In this document: positions 12,201 to 22,613 of the stretch, piece after piece | Position numbering within the stretch: position 1 is the first letter of the stretch | Layout of the letters: the number at the start of each line of letters is the position of its first letter | The notes under the pieces: model-generated | The model's database searches: none | The model's input: only the letters and a program-made list of their open reading frames with translations | What the model was told of the DNA's origin: nothing | NCBI RefSeq assembly: GCF_048593235.1 | Contig: NC_133617.1 | Coordinates: 18,977,607 to 19,041,606, forward strand | Direction of reading: 5' to 3' | Length of the DNA: 64,000 bases | Source of the DNA: Sminthopsis crassicaudata | Taxonomy: Eukaryota | Made by a program: the position numbers and the translations under genes

Positions 12201-14714
12201 CTGTTGACATGTTGACTCCCTCATGAGACTGAGCTCATTGAGGGTCAGGCCTGCCTCTGCCTTTCTATGTATCCCCACTAAGACACGAAGTCTGTGTTTA
12301 TTGGCTGACTCGGAGACCATCCAATCCAATTCACTTTACAACTGAAGCAGAGATTCTGTCTCCTCTGATAAGGGCCACCCAACTAGCATATTCATTAAGT
12401 ATTTACAATATGCTAATTATTGGGTATAGAAAAATGAATTAGAACAATTTTTTTTTTTCTTAAATGTAGAAACAACCCCAACCCCAAGGAAGTCCTCAGG
12501 GGTCCACGGAAAAGTTTCTTGGACTTCAGTTTCTAATAATGGTCTTCAGATATCTTGCAGAGGGCTGCTGGAAGGCTCAAATGAAAAGTGTAACTATAAA
12601 ACATTATCTAATTGACCTGCCTTGGTGTTTTTTAACTTCTATTGGCTGAAAAATCTGGCTAAAGTTTTAAAAAGCAGTCACCTGGATAACCTTCCGCTGA
12701 GAAAGTCAAACTAGTGTTTTACTGAGCTTTGTTTATCTGTGCCCATATTACTGCTTCTGTTTAAACGTCTTCTTTATGAACTTATTACTTCAATTTGGAA
12801 CTAGTTTTTTTAAAACTGGACTTCTAATTGGGGCAGTAAACTCTCAATGAGGAAACTCCCTTTGCCGATGCAGATCTGGGGCCGGCCGCCTGCCTACTTT
12901 CTATGTGTAAAAATACAAGGAAAAGTTTTTTTGGGGGAAAAAGGGGCAAGGCTGGGAAGTCTCTCCTGATACAGGAGGAGGCCCTTCAGCTGGATTTTGA
13001 CTCAAGCTAAATTCCAGAGTCCTTTCCAGGGACAGAGGCAGCTCTCCAGCCCCCCTCCCCCTCCCCAATTTTACAAATCTCATCCAGGATGGGGCTTCTA
13101 CTCACATCTCGAATCTCACACAGCTGCGTCCAGGTGAAGACTTGGTCCGCAGGGGGATAGACCGTATGGCGCTTCCGTTCTTCTGCAACAAACTCCATTA
13201 GCTGATTTTGATTTGTTTAAAAATTAAAAAACAAACAAACAAGATTGGTTACGAACATCCTCGTTGACTACGATTCTCCTCAGAAATCCTCCAACTTCCC
13301 AGATAAATGATCTTTTTCAACAGTTTGTGAGCCTAGCTTAAAAAACCTCACTGTAACCGAGTATTCGGGAGACCTCACAATTTAGCAAAAACGTGCCTGA
13401 TTCGGCTGCAGGGGCAGGTGCCACTTTAAGTGGCGGCTCACAATTTGGCAACCGGAGGAAATCCGCCTCCTCCCTGGAGCGCCGCTAGTATGTGACGGGT
13501 CTGACTGAGTTCTTTGAGATGTACCCCTTTAGGAATTAACAGCGCTTCAAGTGCTCTCTGCAAAAGTTATCCAGAGTACAACACCCCCTCCCCCCCACTG
13601 CGCTGCGGGGCAGGAGCAGGGCCAGGCCTCCAGAGGCGCCCAAGTACATTAAGGGTTAGGGGAACACTGAAATCCACAACAAGGCGGCCCTGCGCCATTT
13701 ACCTTCATGAAATACGGTTTCCCGAACTCTGCGCTCAGGGGTCGCTTCCAGCTGTCCCCGAAGCCCCCCGGGACGTTGCGGGAGGCGAGGCGGAGCAGGG
13801 CGGCCTCCTTGTTTTTCTGGATCCGCTCCAGCTGCTCGGGGCTCAAGGGAGACGAGGGGGCTGCGGGCTCGTCTCCGGGCCGGCTCTTCTTGGGCGGGCT
13901 GGCCTGCGGGAAGTCCCCAAAGAGGCGGGGGATGATTAGGGGAAAGAGGCCGGGCCGCAGGCCGGGGCCTACCCTGCCGGACCCCACCACGGCTGGGAAA
14001 AAGGCCCCCATGCCCCTCCCCCCGCGGTGCTCCCGGGTTGGGACTTCACAGTCCCCGGAGGGATGAAGGGAGCCGGGGAGGTCTGAGAGGCTCCCTCCCC
14101 ACCCGGGACGCGCGAGCACGGGGGAGGGGGAGGGAGGACCCAGGCCAAACTTCTAGGATGGGGAGGGGAGGAAAAAGACAGTGGGACAGGGGAAGGAGAG
14201 TCCATGAGACAGTGGCCGAAGTGCGCATGCTTCGGCCGGCCCCGCCCCCGTGGCGGGACCGTAGACCCACACATCCATTTCACGTGGACATTTCGCGGCA
14301 AAAACAGGAGACGGGAGGCGCGGGCCCCGCCCCCTCCCTCCGGATTGGAGGCCGGGTCCGGCCACGCAGCGGCGGGCGGAGCTCCGATTGGCCCAGCCTC
14401 TCTCCCATTGGTTGTCCGCCTCGCGGAGGCGCGCGCCAAAGAGAAGGGCAGGCGGGCGCTAGAAAAAGTCTCGGGGTTCGGGGCTCGCCCGCTCTTCCGG
14501 AGCGGCGGTGTACGAGTCCCTTTCCGCAGCGGTGGAGACCGCGCGCCCCCCGCCCCCTCTCCCTCCGTCGGTAGCCCCCCTTCCTCACCGCGGCATCCTC
14601 GCTCTCCTCCGCCGCCGCCTCTTTGCCGGGGTCCGCGGGCGGCTCGGTGCACGAGCGCCGCTTCCTGGGGGCGCTCGGGGAGAAGAAGGAGTGGAGGGTC
14701 TTCTGCCCGATCAT
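6070..14714 (-). CDS. UNG: Uracil-DNA glycosylase, nuclear isoform UNG2, 309 aa: complement(join(14589-14714,13703-13903,13106-13201,10033-10130,8505-8593,7637-7815,6070-6210))
   Basis: 930 nt in frame with all junctions GT-AG. PIP box [11 protein letters not shown]-binding helix [13 protein letters not shown], catalytic GQDPYH, WEQF and HPSPLS loop are present. Exon sizes 96/98/89/179/141 match human as I recall them. Confidence 0.97.
7637..7815 (-). CDS. UNG: UNG exon 5 ([18 protein letters not shown]...ISIDR)
   Basis: CAG|GT ... AGG|GTAAGT, 179 nt. Confidence 0.97.
8505..8593 (-). CDS. UNG: UNG exon 4 ([29 protein letters not shown])
   Basis: TAG|CTT ... G|GTAAGC, 89 nt. Confidence 0.97.
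10033..10130 (-). CDS. UNG: UNG exon 3 ([32 protein letters not shown])
   Basis: CAG|GTA ... AG|GTAGGA, 98 nt, contains the catalytic Asp motif. Confidence 0.97.
11565..11753 (+). mobile_element. hAT MITE (OC1/OposCharlie1-like), UNG intron 2
   Basis: 16-bp imperfect TIRs CAGTGGTCCTCAAACT / AGTTTGAGAACCCCTG. 8-bp TSD CACTAGAG / CTCTAGAG (7/8). Family name from recall. Confidence 0.85.
13106..13201 (-). CDS. UNG: UNG exon 2 ([10 protein letters not shown]...CEIRD)
   Basis: CAG|CTA ... GAT|GTGAGT, 96 nt. Confidence 0.96.
13703..14011 (-). CDS. UNG: UNG exon 1B: UNG1 mitochondrial N-terminus (MGAFFPAV...FPQ, 36 aa) plus common region; internal acceptor at 13903 is used by UNG2. UNG1 is 303 aa
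   Basis: ATG at 14011 in frame with ASPPKK...KPYFMK. Internal CAG|GCC acceptor and donor AAG|GTAAAT, the same arrangement as human UNG1/UNG2. Confidence 0.92.
14589..14714 (-). CDS. UNG: UNG exon 1A (UNG2-specific N-terminus [20 protein letters not shown]...EDAA)
   Basis: ATG at 14714, donor GCG|GTGAGG, 126 nt. Confidence 0.95.
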
Positions 14715-16880
14715 GCCGGCGGCGGCTGGCAGCGACAGCAGCAGCAGAACCAAGCGCAGCCCCACCACTCCACCCCCCCGACCCCCGACTGACTGGCCCT
14801 ACCGCTTGGCGCCCAGCGCGGCGCGCATGCTCCGGGTGCCTTTGTAGAGTGGGTGAGAGGTGTGGCTAATCTGGCGCATGCGCATCGAGGACTACTAAAG
14901 AGACCCACGTGACCGATGCTGACCGAGGAGGGACCTCCCGGAGCAGGTGGGCCGGCGGAGGGTGGGAGCCCCTGCGGTGAGGGAGGAGCCCCGCCTCTGG
15001 CGCCCAGCTTTTCTGCCGCTGTAAAAGAAGGGGCGACCCCGAGGGTCCCAGCTCTTGACCCAAAAGGGAGGCCTGGCCAGCCCCTTGCTTTTTTACAGAT
15101 AGGGAAACTGAGGAACCTTAGGAAGTCACATGGGTGGGATGAATTTGAACCAGGTTCAATTTAGAACAAAATTTTATCAAGCGCCTACTGTGTGCTCAGC
15201 GCTCCGGGTTCTAAAGCTGCTCTCTAGGAGCTTACACGTGCAAATAAATGTGCGAAACAAGCCACGTACAGGCCAAAAAATAACAATTAAGAAGGTTTGA
15301 AGAGTCGGTTACCGTATAGTAAGCACCTACTATGTGCCGGGCGCTGCGCTAAGGGCCGAGGACACCAGAAAAAGGTCCTGAATGTCGGGGGTTTTCTTGC
15401 ACCAAACACGATTTCCCAGCACGACCTCTAACGCTCTCCCCTAAATCTCTAAGGTGGCTAAGCTGGTCGGACGCTCTCTTAAGGTTCCCCCTAGATCTCA
15501 TAGGAGGGGCCTGGGGGGAGGGGGGGAGGAGAAGAATGTGGAACTCAACTTCGTTGAGAGAGTCCTCGAGAACCTCTTCCTTCCCGCCCCTCCCCCCCAC
15601 CGAAAGTTATTGTTTTTTCCTCGTGGGGAAGGGGGGAGGAGGTGAGCTTTGTTCTTTTCTTTAGCCTCGGCCCAATTAAATTTTGGAAGTTTCTGGTAGG
15701 TTAGCCTCGAGGAGATGGAATTTTTCCGAACCCACCCCCGGGGCTCCTCCCCCAGATTAAAGAATTTTACTGAATTGGAAGCGTTCTTTTCCATAGAAGT
15801 GAGCATTTCCCCGGAAGGCTTTTATTCATTCTTAATGAGATTTCGGAGTTTGTTACCTCCCTTATTTCCCTTAAGAAAAAAAAAAAGCCAGAGGGAGGGA
15901 AGAGAGCCCTGTTATTTTCAGATTTATTTAGAAGCGTTTCCACCGTCGGCTCGCGGCTCTATCCTCCCCCGGTCTTGGCTGTTACTGTGTCTAAATCCTA
16001 AAGACTCATTTCCCTTCGGTGTTTTCCCAGTGAAAATTTCATCCCGGGGTCAGGTCTTTGCTGTGGTGACAGTTTGGTTTTCTCGCCCTCTCCGGCCTCC
16101 TGGTTGCCCAGCGGCGGTGTCTGGGGGCCGGGGGGGAGGGGGGGGAGAAGAGAGGAGTGGGATGGGCTCCGAACTTGAAGAATGGAAGGAAATGGATTTT
16201 GGAAAGGACCGAACCCCCCCTCCCCCCCAACGTTTGGTCCCTACCATCCTGTGTCTACCTCACTTGGTTGGAGAGAGCCACGCCCATCAGAATTGATCCG
16301 TCTGGTTGTCTTGTATCTGGTTCTGCTCATGGCCCCTAACATCACTTGGAGCCAAAGTCCACATCCCACACCACGTGACTTGGGAGTGATTGGGTTTTTG
16401 GGCATGTTAAATGCCTTCTGGGATGATTGCCGAAGCTAGCCTGGATGGAAGAGAGAAGTAGGGGGAGAAGTGCATCCGAAAAGGAGAAAAGCCGGGGAAG
16501 GGGAAAGTACTGGGGATATTGGAGGTAGGCGGGGCTCTCTCTGACCCGGGTTAGATGGGAATAGAAATTGCTGGAGGGAAATGTTGGGAAGGGCCGGGTC
16601 TGGACTCGGGATTTCTGGGGGGGAACGCCCTCTGTCTATATCTGGAAAGTCTCCGTTTAAAGAATGGCCTAGGGCACTGGGAGCTAATGACTTGGTCAAA
16701 GCCACACTACGGAACTCTGGTCTTTCTGATCCCCGTGGGCCACATTAATCCAGAAACACTTGTTAAGTCCTGAAAAAGCGGGGACAGACCTTCCTTTCCT
16801 CCGGGAGCTTCTGGCCTAATGATCCCAATGATTCACTAAATCCATTAGAGGAAAAAGGTTTCTTTAACATTCGTTTTCCA

Positions 16881-17215
16881 ACTATGATTGTTCTGTAAGA
16901 ACAGCCAGCAGGATGACTACAGAGAGGCGAAACGAGCAGGCCCGAGAACATGGCACCATGATCACGTCAGATGGACCGGGCTCTTTTCGACCATGAGACG
17001 ATTCAAACCAGTTCCAGTCGTTCAGTGATAGAGAGCCATCTACAGCCAGAGAGGACTGTGGGAGCTGAGTGTGGGCCACAACACAGCATTCTCCCTTTCT
17101 GTTGTTCCTTGCATTTGATTCTGCTGCTTTTTTTTTTTTTTTTTTTTTTGTGCAGCACAATAATTGTATAAATATGTATGTAATGTACATCTCTACCATA
17201 TTGAACATAAAACAA
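16881..17215 (+). mobile_element. Degraded L1 3' fragment
   Basis: Collinear with the L1 3' region at 21095-21689 (GAGAGCCATCTAC...TTTTTGTGCAGCACAATAATTGTATAAATATG). Confidence 0.6.
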
Positions 17216-17439
17216 TTTAATTTTCTTAGGACCTCTTCGGGATAGCGGCTCAGTTGAGACGCTTATGGATGCCCAGCTTGAGAGCTCTGGACACCGTGGT
17301 GTCTGGACTTTTCTAGCAGCTCTCTTCAGGCTGATTTGCCTCTTTTCCCAACTTTCCTATGGCTGTGGAGGACCTGGCCATCCGCCATGTGGCCCAAGTT
17401 CCCACACTGGGGGGGTGCCCGTCTGCCCTTTTTTGTTGT

Positions 17440-17625
17440 TGTTAGTTGTGTGTGACCCCATTTGGGGTTTTCCCGGCAGAGATACTAGAGTGGTTTTCCA
17501 TTTCCTTCTCATTTTACAGAGGGGGAAACTAAGGCAGAAGGTTAGGGACCTTGCCCTGGCTCACCCAGCTGGAAGTGTCCGAGGCCGGATATGAATTCAG
17601 GCCTTGCAGCTCAGGCTCTAGCCCA
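17440..17625 (-). mobile_element. Mar1-type CORE-SINE
   Basis: GACCCCATTTGGGGTTTT...GATACTAGAGTGG...CATTTTACAGA...GGAAACT pattern. Confidence 0.7.
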
Positions 17626-20204
17626 CTTTGCTCAAGTGTCTGGATGCCCAGTCCCACCACATTACTTTCCTATATTCAGTAAATTGAACCTTTTGTCTCC
17701 AGGTTCCGATAATACATCCCTTGTTTGGCTTTGCAGGCTTCTCCCTTCCAGCCCCCTCCCCTCCCAAATCTGCCCTCTCTGCGCCCATCCCCCAGCGGTC
17801 TGTTGCCTTGTATCTGGTTTGTACTGGTCATTTGCTTCTGCCCAGGCCCTCTCTCTACGAGCAGGACGATCCTTGACCTCTCTTTGCAGCCCCACGCGCT
17901 GGCCCCCTGATGCCTTCCATGTCCTGCACCCTGACCATCTGCCTGGATCTGCTCCCACCAACTGCATCCATCCCCATGGCCTTGAGGGCTCTTACCTGTC
18001 GCCCCTCCTGTGGGGTGAGTCACCCTGGCCTCCTTCCCCCACCTGAGCCTTGGAGTCCCCTACACTCGGGTGCAGTGCTCCACGTTAGGACCATGATGCT
18101 CCACAACTCATAGAGTTGGGGTTTGTCCTTCCTTCTGGACTAATGCCAGGGAGCCCAGGCCACGACATGCAAGAGAGGGCAAGTCCCTGTTCCCCGGAGC
18201 CCTCTAGGGCCATTGGCCAGATGGAGCTCAGGGTGACTGGAGGTGGCCCCGGAGGCAGTGGAGCCCTTGGCCGCAGACAAGCACAGGGGTGCCTCCGCCA
18301 GAGGTCACGCAGGGAAATTGGCGGCAGAGGCTTGAGGCAGGAAGCCCACCAGGAGCCTGCAGAGAGATTGTCAGGGTCCCGGTCGACCAGATCTCAGAAA
18401 GCAGAAGGCCTTTCCTGGGCCCCGTTTCTGCGCTCCAGTGGGGAAGGCACAAGGCCTCCAGGGAAGATGCAGCAAGGGAGACTTGGGGCACAGGGTCCCA
18501 GGAGGGAGCAGGTAGAAAGGGGGCTCATCCTGGGGGTCAGGGAAGGGGCATTCTGGAGCCTCCAAGTTTGACACCAGATTGTCCCCTCTTCCTCTCCTGG
18601 TGACCCATCAGAGCCCCCGGGGCAGCCCCCAATGAAAAGGGGTAATTGCCAACAGCAGAGCTGTTTGCACTTCTTGAGACAGTGGACACAGTGAGAGCAT
18701 TTGTGAATGCTGATTTATCATCATTAATCATCCTGGCCCATTCCCAAGCCCGTCCACTGGCCGAGGCCTCTAATCCCCCAGCAGAGGCCCCCCATCCTCC
18801 AGTTTATGGAGAGCCTTCAGTCCCAGAATCCAATCTCTCACCCCTGGAGTTCATTCTTAGAGCAGCTGTGCAAGTCAGTCTCCCTCCTCAAGCAGCTCCA
18901 GGGCCTCCCTTTTCTGGGAGGAAATAGAACCCCCTCTTCTCAGGCTGGCTCTCAACCCTTATTTCTAGAACAATTTATTAAAACCTGAGATCCATGGACT
19001 TTTACTTTTAAAAAGTACTTTGATAATTGCATTTCTGTTTATTTAATTTCCTTTATAATGCTATGCATTTTATGCAGTAAGCAGCATGACTGGGAGAGGA
19101 TCATGGCCTTGAAGGACTGGCTTCAGGAGACTGCCACAAAAGTGGCTCCTGGAGGGTTTCCTATTCCTCTCCCCTCCCCCTATTCCGCATTCCAACTGCA
19201 CTTACTGTTTTTGTCCTGTTTCTGTGCCTTTACCCAGGCTGTGCCCCCTGCCTGGAGTGCCTTCCCTCCTCAAGGGCCATGCCCTTTAAGTGATTTTCCT
19301 GGCCTTAGCCGTCCCCTGCCTCAGCACTGACCCAATTCCCTCATATTTCATATTTGCTTCTCTGTATAAAGATTGTTTCCCTCCCAGAGGGTCAGCCCCT
19401 TGAGGGCTTTTTCGACTTTAGCTTGGTGCCCCATGCCTGGCCCCTGCTTCTTAAATGGATCCTGAAGGGCATGTGGCCATGTCAAGGGCTCTGGAGTTTG
19501 GCTCCTGACTGGCAGCCCCTTTCCCCTCTTGCCGGGATCTCCTTACTGGCCCTCTTCTGCCTCACAGGCTTTCTTCCATTCTTCCTCAGTCTCATTCTCT
19601 CTTCAAGGGCTGCCCTCCTTTACTCTGTAATCATCCCATCTCCTAAAATGTAACCTCCTTGAACCCCCAAACCTAGCACGGTTGTCCCACTAGACTGTTC
19701 TGTGCTGACTGAATAGAGTTGTACGGTCTTGAGGAATTCAGTGTTTTCAGTTTCTTGGTCTACAGTGCCTGACAAACAGTAGACACTTAATAAATGCTCA
19801 TTGACTGACTGACTGGAGCTTCTTTCAGCTCCAAAATCCAGCGACCCCACAGGCCCAGGGGGCAGGAGCCTCCTCTGCCAGACTCATCCCAGCTGGCACC
19901 CTTGCCGTTCGCCTTGGTCATGTCCTTTGGAGTAGGTTGGGCAGGACCATGGCTATCATCCTGTCTCCGTTGTCTGGCCTTCCTCCTAAGCTTTGTTTTT
20001 CCTCAGCTGCGCAGGAGCTGCCCGGAGACCTCTGAATGTTGGTACAGCTCTGGGACTTGGCTGTAAGGGTTATAATGGGGAAGGGGGCTCTGGCGGCAAT
20101 GAAATCCTGGCCCTGTTGCTTGTAACCAGACAGACAAGCCGCCTAAAGGAGTTGGACTAGGGGCCTCTAAGCCACCCTCTGAGCCCATAATTCTGGGGAG
20201 GTGG

Positions 20205-20410
20205 CTAAGCAGTTAGAACACTAAGCTTGGAATCAGCTAGACTCCTATCCCGAGTTCAAATCCAGCCCCAGACACTTCCGGGCTGTGTCCTTTCACCCCA
20301 TTGACCACGGTTTTCTCATCTAGACAATGAACTGGAGGAGGAAATGGCCACCCTCCAGTGTCTTTGCCAAGAATCCCCAGATGGGGTCACCGCCACGACT
20401 AATGAACTGT
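20205..20410 (+). mobile_element. Mar1-type CORE-SINE, CpG-enriched
   Basis: GAGTTCAAATCC B-box and GGAAATGGCCACCCTCCAGTGTCTTTGCCAAGAATCCCCAGATGGGGTCAC tail. Confidence 0.65.
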
Positions 20411-21094
20411 TCAGAAGCAGCAGTTCTGGGATCCGAGTTTGAATTCCGGCCTGGCCTTTACTCCCCATCAGACCCTCGTGGGCAAGGCAAATCACCTCAG
20501 CTGTTAAGTAAGGGGGCCGGGCCCTTTGGGGCCCCTCCAGCACAGCCCATGGTCCTAAACCAGGTCTGGGCTGCAGCCCGGACTCTGCTGCTTAGTGTGG
20601 CGGGAGCCTTGCCCCCTTTGCATGGGGAGGGCACCGGACTGGATAAGCTGGAGGATTCCTTCCAGCTGGGAGATGGACTCCAGGACCTTCAATAATAGAG
20701 CCGGGGTGTAAGGCCCCCAAGGACAGGTAGGGGGAGCCCGAGTGCTTTGCTAGGACCAGCCTTGCTCTGCAGACAACCCATAAGGCCGGATGGGCCTGTG
20801 AGCATCCTGGAGGCTGGGATGTGACTGCCCAGTGGTGGAGTAGGGACTGATTGGGGTGCAGCTGGCTATAAAGATACCCCCAGGGCCCCGGGCAGAGTGG
20901 AAGTCTCTTTGTTTCTTATCTGTGAGTATATAAAAAAGGAAAAATGCTTAGTGTTTGAATGAGAACTCTGCTTTGGATGCCTTGAAGCCTTGAGTACCAC
21001 CCCTAGAAAACTCCGTCATTATTTGAGGTGGTGGGCACAATCTTTCAGAGAGGGAGAACCGGGGCTCTGGAAAACTGCTAAGAATGCCTGCTAA

Positions 21095-21689
21095 CTAGCC
21101 CTTTTGTAGTGGGAAGGAATTGGAAACGGGGTGGCTGCCCATCAGTGGGAGAATGGCTGAATATGTTGTGTATATGAATGTAACGGAATATTATCACTCT
21201 ATAAGAAATGAGCTAGTGGATTTCAGAAAAGCCTGGAGAGACTTACAGGAACTGATGATTCTCAGTGAAATGACTAGAATCACGAGATCAATGTACACGG
21301 CAACAACATGATGGTCAGTTATAACGGATGTAGCTCTTTTCAACAATCAGGTGATTCAGGTCAGTTCCAGTGGTCTTGTGACAGAGAGAGCCACCTAAAT
21401 CCAGAAATAGTTCTTTGGGGACTGAGTATGGAGCACAACATAGTTTTTTTCACTTTTTTGTTGTTTGCTTGCTTTTTTTTTTCTTTCTCATTTTTTTTTC
21501 TTTTTGATCTGATTTTTCTTGTGCAGCAAAATAATTCTGGAAATATGTATAGAAGAATTTCCTGTGTTTAACATTTACTGGATTACTTGCCATCTAGGGG
21601 AGGGAGAAAAAAATTTGTAACACAAGGTCTTACAAGGGTGAATGTTGAAAATTGTGTATTTTGAAAATAAGCTTTGTTAAAAAAAAAAA
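21095..21689 (+). mobile_element. 5'-truncated L1 (ORF2 end, 3' UTR, A-tail)
   Basis: Degenerate ORF2 C-terminus (…MEYY…RNE…KAWRDLQELM…), an A-tail, and a 12-bp TSD AATGCCTGCTAA at 21083-21094 and 21690-21701. Confidence 0.85.
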
Positions 21690-21928
21690 AATGCCTGCTA
21701 ATAATAGCTAGTATTTCTGTGGTACATGAAGGTGTACAGAGCACTTTTCAAATATGATTTCATTTTATCCTCTGTTATTATCCCTACTTGAGACAGGAAG
21801 CAGAAGTGGAAGGGCAGCAGCCTGGTGTGGGGGCTTCTAGCAGGGTCTGGACAAGGGACCACTTCTACATGCTGTAATAGTGGGTGTTCCTTTCTTATAT
21901 GCACTGACCTGTTTAGCCACTGGGGTAG

Positions 21929-22102
21929 CAGGGGTTCTCAAACTATGGCCTGCTGAGGACGTTTATTCGGCCCGCCGGGTTATGGCAAATGGGCTGAGGG
22001 GCAGAGACAGAGGGTGAGTTTTTGTTTTTACTCTAGTCCGGCCCTCCAGCAGTCTGAGGGACAGTGAACTGGCCCCCTGTTTAAAAAGTTTGAGGACCAC
22101 TG
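21929..22102 (-). mobile_element. hAT MITE (OC1-like), internally deleted
   Basis: Same TIRs and internal sequence as 11565-11753 in reverse. No clear TSD. Confidence 0.8.
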
Positions 22103-22336
22103 CAGTAGAATTTCAGCCATTCTCTGATTAATGCCCTCCCTCAGTCCTAAGTTTCCAATTCTTTGCCACCACAGAGAACACTAGGATTCTATAAGAGTGT
22201 GATTCTACGGCTCTTTTTGATGGGTCTCTTTTTAATCCTTCCTCATTCTCCCACAGGTTGTTGCCAACAGGGAAGGCACACGTGAAGTTTCTCCACCTGT
22301 TTTTATCAGGCCTACCAAACTCCCAGAGAACAGCAG

Positions 22337-22613
22337 ATGGACAGATTCCTGGTGAAGAGAGCTGCAGGATGTCCTTCAGGACAAACTAGAGACGAGCAGG
22401 AACAAAGTCACAGCTTCCAGGGAGAAGAGGAAGAAAGTAGAAAAAAGCGACCCAGGAGGGAAACAACTGGGAAGGATGGTGACTTGGCAGCTGGCTGCCC
22501 CTGGCGGAAGATTCGGGCTGAGAGCTTGGATTGTGATTACACTGTCCTATTTGGCAGGGAGGAGGCAGATGAGCTTCTCCGGACACTGGAAAAAGAAGTG
22601 GAATATTTTGAAG
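22337..22613 (+). CDS. ALKBH2: ALKBH2 first coding exon (likely acceptor at 22256/22257, 5' UTR 22257-22336)
   Basis: Pyrimidine tract + CACAG|GTTG; ATG at 22337; donor GAAG|GTAAGC. Confidence 0.95.

Larger units (their letters stand above)
13450..15050. promoter_or_regulatory. CpG island containing UNG promoters PB (UNG1) and PA (UNG2), possibly bidirectional toward ALKBH2
   Basis: PB: E-box CACGTG 14281-14286, overlapping E2F site TTTCGCGGCAAAA 14291-14303, three CCAAT boxes on minus (14344, 14387, 14407). PA: E2F-like TTGGCGC, NRF1 core GCGCATGCGC 14874-14883, CACGTGAC 14906-14913. Confidence 0.85.
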
